NCBI GenBank assembly: GCA_045603585.1
Contig: JAZUMK010000012.1
Location: 5,176 to 69,175 of the forward strand
Length of the DNA: 64,000 bases
Reading direction: 5' to 3'
Source of the DNA: Clostridia bacterium
GTDB lineage: Bacteria > Bacillota > Clostridia > Christensenellales > CAG-138
Position 1 is the first letter of the stretch. Every line of letters begins with the position of its first letter. The notes beneath the pieces were generated by a model. That model saw nothing but the letters and a program-made list of their open reading frames with translations, made no database searches and had not been told where the DNA came from. Shown here in pieces: positions 20,199 through 30,296 of this stretch. Both the position numbers and the translations under genes were made by a program.

Positions 20199-20926
20199 GA
20201 ATGATGACTTTTGCAAAAAGATGTACAAAGGAGATTTTACGGGACCCCATTAATCTGGGGTTTGGTCTGGGATTTCCTCTGGTGCTGCTGCTTCTTCTCA
20301 GCGCTTTGCAGGCCAATATTCCTGTAAGCCTGTTTGAAATCGACACACTGACTCCCGGCATTACAATATTCGGTCTGTCCTTTATGACGCTTTTTTCCGC
20401 AACGCTGATCGCCCGTGACCGGGAAAGCGCCCTTTTGCAGAGATTGTACACAACACCCCTTACGGCCTTTGACTTTATACTGGGTTATATGCTGCCGATT
20501 TTGCCCATCTCCCTTGGGCAGACGGTCATATGCTATCTCTTTGCGCTTCCTTTGGGGCTGACTTTCAGCGCAAATATTATTTATGCCATAATCGGAATAA
20601 TACCCATGGCGGTTTTCAATATTGCATTGGGGCTTTTATGCGGAAGTGTTTTTGGCGTCAAGCAGGTTGGCGGCATCTGCGGCGCGTTGCTTACAAATCT
20701 TTCCGCATGGCTTTCGGGGGTATGGTTTGACTTGACGCTCGTAGGGGGATTCTTTGAAAAAGCAGCCAATGCGCTGCCCTTTGTTCACGCCGCGGAGATG
20801 GAAAAGGCCCTGTTCAATGGAAATTTTGAGCTTGCGGCCTCCCACCTTCCGCCTGTTATCCTGTACAGCGCAGCTATAACGGCGGCAGCAATATTCTGTT
20901 TCCTCAGGCAAATGAAAAAGCAATAA
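20195..20926 (+). CDS. ABC-2 permease
   Basis: About six TM segments; ATGA overlap with the ATPase gene. Confidence 0.85.
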   Translation: MRMMTFAKRCTKEILRDPINLGFGLGFPLVLLLLLSALQANIPVSLFEIDTLTPGITIFGLSFMTLFSATLIARDRESALLQRLYTTPLTAFDFILGYMLPILPISLGQTVICYLFALPLGLTFSANIIYAIIGIIPMAVFNIALGLLCGSVFGVKQVGGICGALLTNLSAWLSGVWFDLTLVGGFFEKAANALPFVHAAEMEKALFNGNFELAASHLPPVILYSAAITAAAIFCFLRQMKKQ

Positions 20927-20938
20927 GGATTTGAGGCG

Positions 20939-21382
20939 ATGAAATACAAACTCATTATCGACAAAAACGCGGAAGAAGAAATAACAGCTATCGTTCATGC
21001 GCCTTCCTCCCTGACCCAGCAGATAGAAAATCTCGTATACAGCTTTTCCGGCGATGACAGCATTATGGGATACAGGGATGACGAAATGCGAAAGCTGACC
21101 TTCAGCGAAATAGAGTGTATTACAATTCTTGAGCGAAAGGTGATCGCAATCGACACCAATGGCAGCCATTACCGCATTCAGGACAGGCTTCGGGATCTGG
21201 AGGATATCCTTCCCTCTTATTTTATCCGCATCAACAAATCCGCCCTCGCCAATGAACACCGTATTCTGCGATTTGATGCGGCGTTCAGCGGCGGCGTGGA
21301 TGCCGTATTTCAATGCGGCTATCGGGAATATGTTTCCAGACGTTGTTTTGCACAGATCAAAAGGAGGTATGAAGGAATATGA
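20939..21382 (+). CDS. Stand-alone LytTR transcriptional regulator
   Basis: FIRINKSALAN and YVSRR LytTR motifs; no receiver domain. Confidence 0.85.
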   Translation: MKYKLIIDKNAEEEITAIVHAPSSLTQQIENLVYSFSGDDSIMGYRDDEMRKLTFSEIECITILERKVIAIDTNGSHYRIQDRLRDLEDILPSYFIRINKSALANEHRILRFDAAFSGGVDAVFQCGYREYVSRRCFAQIKRRYEGI

Positions 21383-21828
21383 AAAAGAATGTGCCGGAGT
21401 TTTTCCGCCGCGGCATTGCGGCCTGTGGTCTGGGGCCGATTGTTCTGGCGGTATTATATTTGATCCTGCAGCGCCATGCCGTCATAGATACCCTCAGCGT
21501 AAATCAGGTGTGCATCGGTATCTTTTCATTATCCGCCCTTGCCTTTATTGCCGGAGGCATGAATGTGGTCTATCAAATTGAGCGGCTGCCCCTCATGATA
21601 GCGATTCTGATTCACGGCTGCGTTTTATATTTTGCCTATCTGGCCACTTATTTGATAAACGACTGGCTGGAATGGGGCACGGCTCCCATTTTGGTTTTTT
21701 CCGCTATCTTTGTTGTTGGCTATCTGGCGATATGGGCTGTCATTTATTCCGTAACCAAACGAAATACAAAAAAGCTCAATGAAATGCTGAAAAAACAGCA
21801 GCAAAACAAGAACAGTATGTCCGATTGA
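21379..21828 (+). CDS. DUF3021 membrane protein
   Basis: Four TM helices with LIH...YLINDW...YLAIW, coupled to the LytTR gene. Confidence 0.75.
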   Translation: MKKNVPEFFRRGIAACGLGPIVLAVLYLILQRHAVIDTLSVNQVCIGIFSLSALAFIAGGMNVVYQIERLPLMIAILIHGCVLYFAYLATYLINDWLEWGTAPILVFSAIFVVGYLAIWAVIYSVTKRNTKKLNEMLKKQQQNKNSMSD

Positions 21829-21851
21829 CTTGTTCCCTCCCAATACACCGA

Positions 21852-21880
21852 AAAGCCGCCGATGTAATATCGGCGGCTTT
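21852..21880. terminator. Bidirectional terminator
   Basis: AAAGCCGCCGAT-gtaat-ATCGGCGGCTTT. Confidence 0.85.
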
Positions 21881-21906
21881 GATATTGCTTGCTCTGTATT
21901 CGAAAG

Positions 21907-23298
21907 CTAAGCCGTTTCCGCAGGGAATACCCTTACTTTATGATATATCACATAAGATACACATACGTTTATCACATCCGCTATTACCTGAGTCCATACT
22001 ATTCCGCTTGCACCGAAGAGATGATCCATAAGGAACAGTATAGGGATATTCAGGCACAGCTGACGTATGGCCGCAAGATAAAAGGATACCTCTCCTTTTT
22101 TTACCGACTGCATGTAATGCACCATATGGAAGCTGAGGAACATGAAGGCAGGAGCAAAGCACCTTACCCTTAAAAATTCCGTGCCGAGGCGCACCGTCTC
22201 AGGCTCTGAGATAAATGCTTGCATTATATCCGCTGCAAAGACTCTGTACAGCAGCAGGCTCACCGCCGAAACTATCAGGCCGTATATCCTTGCCGTGGAA
22301 AAGATGGACTTCATGCGCTCCCTGTTGCCGGAAGCAAAGTTATACGCAATAAGCGGTGTCATGCCCATGCATATTCCGATGCAAATATTAAGCGGAAGCC
22401 GCTCCACCTTGAGCACTATGCCCATTGCCGCCAATGCAATATCTCCATGGGATGATGCAAGGCGGTTTATCACTATATTGGTAAGGTCATAGAGCATGAT
22501 GGATACCGCAGCAGGCACGCCCACAGCCAGCATCGCCCTGAGGGATTCTTTTCTGACCCGCTCTATGCGCCTGGGCATCTCCAGTATGCTGTTGTTCTGC
22601 AGTTTTTTGTATACTGCCACAAAATATACGAAAGAAATCACATTTGACAGCATGGTTGCTATTGCCGCACCCACGACCTCATATCCGTCCGGCATGATCA
22701 GGAACATGAAAATGGGGTCCAGTATAACATTGAGTATGCCGCCCATGCTGAGGCCAAAGCCTGCCTTGCGGGAATAGCCCGCGTTGCGCACCATTGAGCT
22801 CATGGTCTGGGAAAGCACCGTAGGCACGCCGCCTATCACCACAACGAAAAACAGATACTGCTTTGCATATCCTATGGTATTGTCGCTTGCGCCCATCGTT
22901 CTGAGCAGCGGATCCATAAACACAAGGCAAAGCAAAGAGAACAGCAGCGCAATGCCGCCCGCCAGGACAATGCTCAGCGAAGCAACTCTGCGGGCCTCCT
23001 CCTCATCTTTGCTGCCCATCAGCTGCACGGCCAGCGTTCCGCCCCCTGTGCCAAACAAGGCCGCAAGGGCAGTCATCATAAATACCAGCGTAAGCACCAG
23101 CGAGGATGCCGCCACCATATAGGGATTATCCGTACGGGCTATGAACCATGTGTCCGCAATATTATAAACTAGCGTTACCAGCTGGCTGGCAATAGTCGGC
23201 ATAGCCATCTTCATCAATGCGGAAGATACCGGCATTTCCTCGAACAGATATTTTGTTTGCAGCGCCTTTTGCGGCTCCTTCATAGTTTTTTGCTCCAT
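21907..23298 (-). CDS. MATE efflux transporter (MepA-like)
   Basis: YNIADTWFI, NVILDPIF, about 12 TM segments. Confidence 0.9.
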   Translation of the reverse strand: MEQKTMKEPQKALQTKYLFEEMPVSSALMKMAMPTIASQLVTLVYNIADTWFIARTDNPYMVAASSLVLTLVFMMTALAALFGTGGGTLAVQLMGSKDEEEARRVASLSIVLAGGIALLFSLLCLVFMDPLLRTMGASDNTIGYAKQYLFFVVVIGGVPTVLSQTMSSMVRNAGYSRKAGFGLSMGGILNVILDPIFMFLIMPDGYEVVGAAIATMLSNVISFVYFVAVYKKLQNNSILEMPRRIERVRKESLRAMLAVGVPAAVSIMLYDLTNIVINRLASSHGDIALAAMGIVLKVERLPLNICIGICMGMTPLIAYNFASGNRERMKSIFSTARIYGLIVSAVSLLLYRVFAADIMQAFISEPETVRLGTEFLRVRCFAPAFMFLSFHMVHYMQSVKKGEVSFYLAAIRQLCLNIPILFLMDHLFGASGIVWTQVIADVINVCVSYVIYHKVRVFPAETA

Positions 23299-23307
23299 CC
23301 GGCTTTT

Positions 23308-24669
23308 TTACTTTGCCTGCTCCTTGTCCATTTTGTCAAACAGCTTTTTATACGGCGCAAGCATACCCTCGTTCATCTTGTTTCCCATTTTGGAAAGCAC
23401 CTTTTCATTGGACAGAAGTGCGCCCACAAAATACATTTTTAATGAATCCGCCCATTTCTTCTGGGGGAAATCGTATATGCCCTGCTTTTTGTAGAATTTG
23501 TGATCCGCCCGCATCATGCCCCGCATCTGATAGATAAGATCGCGGAATATTTTCATGCCGCCCACTCCCCAGAAATTCTGAGGTGCGGTATGCTTTGTTT
23601 CCAATGCGAAGGCAAGGCTCTTTGCCAGCTCATCCACCTGCCTGTCGGTTTCCCTTTCATCCGAAGCAACGCCGCAGAGGAAATTGCCGCCGGTCTCGCT
23701 TCGGGCTTCTATCACCGTACGGAGGTTGTTTTCCGTGGAATATCCGCCGGAAACAAGATAGCCCACCGGCATGCCTGCGGTTACGGTTCTGTGACCGTTG
23801 CAGAAGTTGCGGTCATCATACATTTTGAACCTTGCGCCCATAGAATGATCCGACAGGGTAAATGCATACACGATGGCATCTGCTTTTTGTATGTTTTCCC
23901 TGAGAAAAGTATCAAATCCATCTTTATAAACGCATTTTTCCGAAACGGCGCATCTGAAGCAGCCCAGGCATCCGCCCCCAAGGGGATATTCCGAAATATT
24001 GACCATCCTTGTCTGGTATGGCAGTGCTGCTCTGAATCTTCGTATCATGCCGCTGAGGTTTGAGGATTCATCGGTCTCGTCGGTGATTATGACGATATCC
24101 CTGTCATCGTTTTTCATACGGACGGGCTCTTCATATTCAGATACGGGAACACAGACATACTCTGCCTGTGTTTTTTCAGCATGCTGGTATATTCCCTCAC
24201 TTACAGCCCAAAGGAAACGTTCAAAAAACTTTTCCGCATCCCTGCGTCCCTGTTCACTGAGCAGGTCTTCCATATCCGCAGACAGGCCGCGGATATATCT
24301 CATGCCTAAATCCAGCGCATTTTCCTCTATGTATTTATGTGCTGTAACGTCATAAAAGTGCTTTGATGTGGATATCTGGGTGGCGTATTTTCCGCTAAGG
24401 TCAATTCCATCAGCCTTGACAAGCTCAATAAAGCGATGCAGCTGAGAGGGTGCAAGAAAAGTGTATACGGGATAGCTGAAAATCACCCCCTCTGCGGCTT
24501 CCAGCAATTCCCTCGCCTCACTGAAGTCCTTTTCAAGGGCCTTTATCCTCCGGCCTGCATGCAGCACGCAAAAATCATGCCCGGGATATTTTCGGGCAAG
24601 GTAATTTACGGTTTGCAGGGTTATGCTGTATTCTCCCTTTGGGCTGCCGTTTATGACCACAATTTTCAT
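23308..24669 (-). CDS. Tandem flavodoxin-fold NAD(P)H oxidoreductase / iron-sulfur flavoprotein
   Basis: N-terminal INGSPK...SYPVY; second domain carries CLGCFRC-x5-C. Confidence 0.7.
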   Translation of the reverse strand: MKIVVINGSPKGEYSITLQTVNYLARKYPGHDFCVLHAGRRIKALEKDFSEARELLEAAEGVIFSYPVYTFLAPSQLHRFIELVKADGIDLSGKYATQISTSKHFYDVTAHKYIEENALDLGMRYIRGLSADMEDLLSEQGRRDAEKFFERFLWAVSEGIYQHAEKTQAEYVCVPVSEYEEPVRMKNDDRDIVIITDETDESSNLSGMIRRFRAALPYQTRMVNISEYPLGGGCLGCFRCAVSEKCVYKDGFDTFLRENIQKADAIVYAFTLSDHSMGARFKMYDDRNFCNGHRTVTAGMPVGYLVSGGYSTENNLRTVIEARSETGGNFLCGVASDERETDRQVDELAKSLAFALETKHTAPQNFWGVGGMKIFRDLIYQMRGMMRADHKFYKKQGIYDFPQKKWADSLKMYFVGALLSNEKVLSKMGNKMNEGMLAPYKKLFDKMDKEQAK

Positions 24670-24815
24670 TGACCTGTTCCTCTCGTTTTACCTGCATATA
24701 TTTGTTTTATTATACCAAACATTATCCCGGTTGCACACTTTATATGATCATTATCCGCCACATTCAAAGCAATATTGTGATATAATAATCAAGATAACAA
24801 AAAGGAGGGTGCTCT

Positions 24816-25565
24816 GTGGGTAAAGTTTTGGAGATATGCGTGGATTCCCTTACTTCCGCCCGGGCTGCCATACAAGGGGGCGCTGACCGACTGGAGCTGT
24901 GCAGCGCGCTGCCGGTAGGCGGGCTTACGCCATATACCGCCCTTCTAAGGCAGATACGCAGGGCATCAGACATACCTGTCCGCTGTCTCATGCGGCACCG
25001 TTCCGGTGATTTTCTTTATGCTCCGGAGGAAACAGAGCTGCTGTGCATGCAGATCGCCGAACTCAGGCAGGCCGGTGCAGACGGCTTTGTTATAGGCTGC
25101 CTCACCCCCCACGGCAATCTTGACAAACCCGCCATGAAGCAGCTGATATCCGCCTGCGGCAGCAGCGGCATCACTCTGCACAGATGCATAGACGTTTCCT
25201 CAGACCCCTGCCGCACCTATCTGGATGCAATGGAGCTGGGTATCGATACCGTCCTTACCAGCGGCACGGCATCCTGCTGTCTGAATGGCACAGAGGTTAT
25301 AAAGCAGCTTATTTCCCTGCGCGATCTTCACAGCGGCCCCGAAGTGCTGATAGGCGCAGGCGTAAATGCAGCTGTGATCACCCGCTTCCGCACAGAAATT
25401 CCCCAGGCCTGCGCGTTCCACATGAGCGGCAAAAAGGACATCCCCAGCGGCATGGTTTTCCGCAGGGAAGGAGTTCCCATGGGGCTGCCCGGCCTTGACG
25501 AATGGCACATACAGCATACGGATATACAGGCAGTGACCGCAGCACATGATGCGCTGTACCAATAA
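24816..25565 (+). CDS. cutC: Copper homeostasis protein CutC
   Basis: LEICVDS, GADRLELC, GGLTP, TLHRCID, VLTSG. Confidence 0.9.
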   Translation: MGKVLEICVDSLTSARAAIQGGADRLELCSALPVGGLTPYTALLRQIRRASDIPVRCLMRHRSGDFLYAPEETELLCMQIAELRQAGADGFVIGCLTPHGNLDKPAMKQLISACGSSGITLHRCIDVSSDPCRTYLDAMELGIDTVLTSGTASCCLNGTEVIKQLISLRDLHSGPEVLIGAGVNAAVITRFRTEIPQACAFHMSGKKDIPSGMVFRREGVPMGLPGLDEWHIQHTDIQAVTAAHDALYQ

Positions 25566-25586
25566 AAACAAGACAGATCAAAGATT

Positions 25587-26945
25587 ATGAGTAAACGCAC
25601 AAGAGACATGACAACGGGAAGCCCTGCGAGGCACATTCTGGGCCTTGCCTTCCCTCTGATCCTCACAAACATGGGTCAGCAGTTTTATATGATAGCGGAC
25701 AGCGCGATCGTCGGCCGCGGCGTGGGAGTAAAAGCCCTTGCAGCCGTCGGCGCAACGGATTGGTGCTGCTGGCTGTTTCTGTGGACAATGGGCGGACTTA
25801 CCCAGGGTATTTCCACCTTTATTTCCCGCGCCTTTGGCGAAAAGAACTATCAGGAACTGAACAAAAACATAGCCGCATCGGTGGTGCTTTGCGCCCTCGT
25901 GGGCACTTTTCTGACAATAGTGGGCTTTTCTGTGGCCAAGCCGCTGCTGCAGCTGCTGCACACCCCCGCCGATATCCTGCCCGGAGCCACAGCATACCTT
26001 ACCACCATGCTTATCGGCACACTGTTTGTAATGGGCTACAACATGTCCGCATCCATTCTGCGCGCATTGGGCGACGGCAAATCGCCCCTTACGGCCATGA
26101 TAATTGCAGGCCTGCTTAATATAGGACTGGATTGCCTGTTTGTATTTGTGTTTGACTGGGGTATAGTGGGCGCAGCGCTGGCATCTGTAACAGCGCAGAC
26201 AGTAGCTTTTCTGTATTGCCTTATCGTAATATCAAAGATAGGCTTTATCCATCTCGGCAAGAACGCATGGCAGCTTGGCAACGGCAAGCTGAAAAGCATG
26301 TTTATGTTTGGCCTTCCCATTGCCCTGCAATATGTTGTTATAACCCTTGGCGGCATAATACTGCAGTCCAGCATAAACCTTCAGGGCAGCATCTTTATTG
26401 CAGGCTATACCGCCACCAACAAGCTTTACGGCCTCCTCGAGTGCTTCGCCATGTCCCTCGGCCTTGCCAGCTGCACATTCACGGCGCAAAACTACGGCGC
26501 AGGCCTGTATTCCCGTGTAAGGCGCGGCGTTGCGGATTCCGTAAAAATCATTTCGGTTATAGCCTTGATCGTTACGGCTCTCTCCATAGCCACCCGCTGG
26601 CACATCCTCCGCGTGTTTATCGACGTAAATCAGCCCGGCGGATGGGAAGCCCTTGAAATAGCCGTCCGCTACCTTGTGATCATGGCTGCCTGCTTTATCA
26701 TACTCCACATACTGCACGTATTCCGCAACTCCCTTCAGGCCATGGGCATAGCCTTCTGGCCCATGATGTCCGGCTTTGCCGAGTTCGCCGCCCGCGTTAT
26801 TATGGCCAAGGTGATAATAAACCACATCGGCACCGATGCCCTCTTCATATCCGAGCCCGCGGCATGGTTCAGCGCACTGCTGTGCGTAATGCTGCCCTAT
26901 TTCTTCTATAAGGGCAGACTGCTGCCGGAGGAGCTGCAGGAATAA
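25587..26945 (+). CDS. MATE efflux transporter
   Basis: DMTTGSP, YMIADSAIVG, RALGDGKSP, NIGLD. Terminator hairpin at 26960-26997. Confidence 0.9.
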   Translation: MSKRTRDMTTGSPARHILGLAFPLILTNMGQQFYMIADSAIVGRGVGVKALAAVGATDWCCWLFLWTMGGLTQGISTFISRAFGEKNYQELNKNIAASVVLCALVGTFLTIVGFSVAKPLLQLLHTPADILPGATAYLTTMLIGTLFVMGYNMSASILRALGDGKSPLTAMIIAGLLNIGLDCLFVFVFDWGIVGAALASVTAQTVAFLYCLIVISKIGFIHLGKNAWQLGNGKLKSMFMFGLPIALQYVVITLGGIILQSSINLQGSIFIAGYTATNKLYGLLECFAMSLGLASCTFTAQNYGAGLYSRVRRGVADSVKIISVIALIVTALSIATRWHILRVFIDVNQPGGWEALEIAVRYLVIMAACFIILHILHVFRNSLQAMGIAFWPMMSGFAEFAARVIMAKVIINHIGTDALFISEPAAWFSALLCVMLPYFFYKGRLLPEELQE

Positions 26946-27009
26946 ATTCCACAAAGCAAAACAGAGCTGACCGATAAAAAACGGTCAGCTCTTTGTTATT
27001 GAATGTATT

Positions 27010-27990
27010 TTATTCCCACTCTATTGTGCCGATGGGCTTGGGGGTGAGGTCGTAGAGAAGGCGGTTGATGCCCTCTACCTCGTGAGTGATACGGTCGGTG
27101 ATCAGGTGGAGAACAGCATAGGGAATCTCTTCGATGGTGGCGGACATGGCATCGGAGCTGTTGACCGCACGGATGATGGCGGGCCAGCCCTCGTAGCGCC
27201 TGCCGTCCCTTACGCCGACGCTCTTGGTGTCGGGTACGGCAATGAAGTACTGCCAAACCTTGCCTGCAAGGCCGGCATTGTCAAACTCCTCGCGGAGAAT
27301 GGCATCCGCCTCGCGCAGAGCGTGGAGACGGTCGCGGGTGATGGCGCCCAAGCACCTTACGCCGAGGCCGGGGCCGGGGAAGGGCTGACGGTATACCATG
27401 TTATCGGGCAGACCAAGAGCGGAGCCAACCATGCGAACTTCGTCCTTATAAAGCAGCTTAACCGGCTCAACCAGCTCAAACTGCATATCTTCAGGCAGGC
27501 CGCCTACGTTGTGATGGGCCTTTACGCCGTCGCTTTCAAGAATGTCGGGATATATCGTTCCCTGGGCAAGGAAGGAAATTCCTTCCAGCTTGCCGGCTTC
27601 TTCGTCAAATACTTTGATGAATTCGCCGCCGATGATCTTGCGCTTTTTCTCGGGCTCGGATACGCCTGCAAGAAGATCCAGGAAGCGGTCGGTAGCGTCA
27701 ACATAGATGAGGTTGGAATCCAGCTCCTTGCCGAATACCTCAATAACCTGCTCGGATTCACCCTTACGCATCAGGCCGTGGTTTACATGAACGCAAACCA
27801 GCTGCTTTCCTATTGCCTTAATCAGCAGCGCAGCCACAACAGAGCTGTCAACGCCGCCGGAAAGAGCCAGCAGAACCTTCTTATCGCCTACCTGAGCGCG
27901 TATGGCCTCAACCTGCTCTGCAATGAATGCATCTGCAAGGGCCTTGGTGTTTATACGCTGCATATCCTGGGGTCTTACATTACTATCCAT
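27010..27990 (-). CDS. guaA: GMP synthase ATP-pyrophosphatase and C-terminal domains only (no glutaminase domain)
   Basis: LSGGVDS PP-loop, EKKRKIIG, LAQGTIYPD, HHNVGGLP, RQPFPGPGL, KPIGTIEWE. 326 aa with its own RBS and a TTGCGC-17-TATAAT promoter. Confidence 0.85.
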   Translation of the reverse strand: MDSNVRPQDMQRINTKALADAFIAEQVEAIRAQVGDKKVLLALSGGVDSSVVAALLIKAIGKQLVCVHVNHGLMRKGESEQVIEVFGKELDSNLIYVDATDRFLDLLAGVSEPEKKRKIIGGEFIKVFDEEAGKLEGISFLAQGTIYPDILESDGVKAHHNVGGLPEDMQFELVEPVKLLYKDEVRMVGSALGLPDNMVYRQPFPGPGLGVRCLGAITRDRLHALREADAILREEFDNAGLAGKVWQYFIAVPDTKSVGVRDGRRYEGWPAIIRAVNSSDAMSATIEEIPYAVLHLITDRITHEVEGINRLLYDLTPKPIGTIEWE

Positions 27991-28118
27991 CTATTTGCCT
28001 CCAAAAATTCGCAAGATTATAAATTATTATACCCCTCATTTTTTCCATGCGCAATATTCTCATACATCAATTAACGCTATATCCGTATCCGCTTTGCTTA
28101 TAATACACACATGTGAGT

Positions 28119-28877
28119 TTACCCCAGCAGAAAATCAGTGGCCAGCATTACGCAGAAGCCCGCAAGCAGAGCGTATGTTGCCGCACGCTCGCTGCCATGG
28201 GCATGGGTTTCGGGGATCATTTCGTCGCTTACCACGTATATCATAGTTCCCCCTGCAAAAGCTAAGGCAAAGGGCAGCAACGCCGTGGACACGGTTACCG
28301 CAAAATAGCCTATAAATGTGCCCAGTACTTCGATAAGACCTGTGGCCGCGGCGCAGAGGAAAGTGCGCTTTGGGGAAATCCCCGCCGCAAGCATAGGGCC
28401 TATTATCACCATGCCTTCGGGAATATTCTGCAGTGCTATGCCGCCTGCAACGGTAAGCGCCTCCGCCACATTGCCTGAACCGAAGCTGACGCCTGCGGCA
28501 ATTCCCTCAGGCAGATTATGTATGGCAATGGCCAGAACAAACAGCAGCACCTTATCCAGCTTTTCCGTACCGTCAGGGTGATTTTCCGGCTCTATTCCGC
28601 TGAGCTTATGGAGATGGGGTATCAGCCTGTCAAAAAGATTAAGGCACAATGCGCCGCAGAATATACCGGCAATCGTGGTAATCAGGGCAAAATTTCCGCC
28701 GTATTCCAGCGATGGCAGCACAAGGCCTATCACCGCCGCCGCCAGCATAACCCCCGCCGCAAAGGACAAAACTATGTCGCTGAAACGATGGGAAAAGCCT
28801 TTGAATACAAAGCCCATCACGCTGCCGATAACAGTTGCGCCGCCCACGCCCAGGGCGGTAAGGAGCACCAGTTTCAT
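28119..28877 (-). CDS. ZIP family metal transporter (ZupT-like)
   Basis: FAAGVM, HNLPEG, QNIPEG, EMIPE. Confidence 0.9.
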   Translation of the reverse strand: MKLVLLTALGVGGATVIGSVMGFVFKGFSHRFSDIVLSFAAGVMLAAAVIGLVLPSLEYGGNFALITTIAGIFCGALCLNLFDRLIPHLHKLSGIEPENHPDGTEKLDKVLLFVLAIAIHNLPEGIAAGVSFGSGNVAEALTVAGGIALQNIPEGMVIIGPMLAAGISPKRTFLCAAATGLIEVLGTFIGYFAVTVSTALLPFALAFAGGTMIYVVSDEMIPETHAHGSERAATYALLAGFCVMLATDFLLG

Positions 28878-29074
28878 CTATATCCTCCGTAAAAATGCAA
28901 ATGCGTTGTTTTCACATTAAAATGATAGCACATATACCGCCAAATGATAATACGGATATTGGCCCATTACCATATACCATGGCCCGGGAAACGGCGCAGT
29001 ATATCATTTTCCGTGTTTTTGTGATATTATTTAATTCATTCATAAAAATCAAGCTAAAGGAGTCAGCTTTAAGT

Positions 29075-29788
29075 ATGGCCGTTACCGCTGTATTGTTCGA
29101 CCTGGACGGCACCCTGCTCCCCATGGATCAGGACGACTTCACCAAGTCATATTTTGGCAATCTGGCCGCAAAGGCCGCCACCAGAGGATATGATCCCAAG
29201 GCCCTCACAGATACAGTTTGGGCAGGCACCGCAGCCATGATAAAAAACACCGGCGAAAAAACCAACGAGGCTGTTTTCTGGGATTTTTTCTCGGCAAAGT
29301 ACGGCACTGACGCCCTTGATGATATACCCTTTTTTGAGGAATTTTACCGCACCGATTTTCAGAAGGCCAAGGAACTGTGCGGCTTTGCACCGGAATCAAG
29401 GGAAATAGTGCACAGGCTCAGGCAGCGGGGATTCCGGGTAATCCTTGCGACCAATCCCCTCTTCCCTGCCATCGCCACCCAAAGCCGCATACGCTGGGCA
29501 GGCCTTGAGCCTGAGGATTTTGAGCTGTATACCACATACGAAAACTCCCGCCACTGCAAGCCCAATCCGGAATATTACAGGGACATTCTTTCTGAACTTG
29601 GCCTTTGCGCCGAGGAATGCGTAATGGTGGGCAACGATGTTGACGAGGATATGATAGCCGCTCAGCTGGGCATGAAGGTATTTTTGCTTACTGATTGCCT
29701 TATAAACAGAAAAAATGCGGATATTGATAAATATCCCCATGGCGGCTTTAAGGAATTGGCAGACTTTTTGGATAATCTCCAAAGATAA
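29075..29788 (+). CDS. HAD family hydrolase
   Basis: FDLDGTL, ATNP, KP, MVGND; ATG at 29075. Confidence 0.88.
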   Translation: MAVTAVLFDLDGTLLPMDQDDFTKSYFGNLAAKAATRGYDPKALTDTVWAGTAAMIKNTGEKTNEAVFWDFFSAKYGTDALDDIPFFEEFYRTDFQKAKELCGFAPESREIVHRLRQRGFRVILATNPLFPAIATQSRIRWAGLEPEDFELYTTYENSRHCKPNPEYYRDILSELGLCAEECVMVGNDVDEDMIAAQLGMKVFLLTDCLINRKNADIDKYPHGGFKELADFLDNLQR

Positions 29789-29793
29789 AACAT

Positions 29794-29859
29794 AACAGCA
29801 GACACAAAACCGTGTCTGCTGTTTTTATGCAAAGCAAAAAGGCAGGTATTACCTGCCTT
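29794..29859. terminator. Two hairpins terminating convergent genes
   Basis: AACAGCAGACAC-aaaacc-GTGTCTGCTGTT followed by Ts, and AAGGCAGGTA-t-TACCTGCCTT. Confidence 0.7.
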
Positions 29860-29876
29860 GATCGTATTTTTGATTA

Positions 29877-30293
29877 TTATCTGTGCAGAGGACGCATGCC
29901 CCTTACCTGCTTTGCGTATTCCACGGGAACGCTTATGCGTACCACGGCGGTATTGTGGGCATTCTTGCGCATCATCACATTTTCAACCTTACCGTCGCAT
30001 ACCTTGCAGCCCTCGTTGTCGCGGGCTTCCACCACCATGCCAACCTCAGGCAGAGGGAGATATTCGTAGGGGAAATCCACGGTGGCAATACCGGGAGCAA
30101 ATTCTTCATCCAGCAGGAAACATGCCTGACCGGGACAGGCGGCAACGCAAAGGCCGCAGCCGGTGCACTTTTCCGGAGTAAGGGCGGGGCGGGCAGTTAT
30201 ATCGTCACCGATAAATATGGCTCCGGTAGGGCAGGCGTGAGTGCAGGGATTGCAGGGAATATTCTGGGGACAATCCACCATTATTTTACGCAT
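29877..30293 (-). CDS. 4Fe-4S dicluster subunit of a dye-linked amino-acid dehydrogenase complex
   Basis: CPQNIPCNPCxxxCP and CTGCGLCVAACP, C-terminal PYEYLPLP; resembles the small subunits of archaeal proline dehydrogenase complexes. Confidence 0.75.
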   Translation of the reverse strand: MRKIMVDCPQNIPCNPCTHACPTGAIFIGDDITARPALTPEKCTGCGLCVAACPGQACFLLDEEFAPGIATVDFPYEYLPLPEVGMVVEARDNEGCKVCDGKVENVMMRKNAHNTAVVRISVPVEYAKQVRGMRPLHR

Positions 30294-30296
30294 AGA

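Noticed and set aside
27991-28118. Purine riboswitch upstream of guaA
   Set aside because: No aptamer consensus is visible, and the promoter is too close to the start codon to leave room for one.
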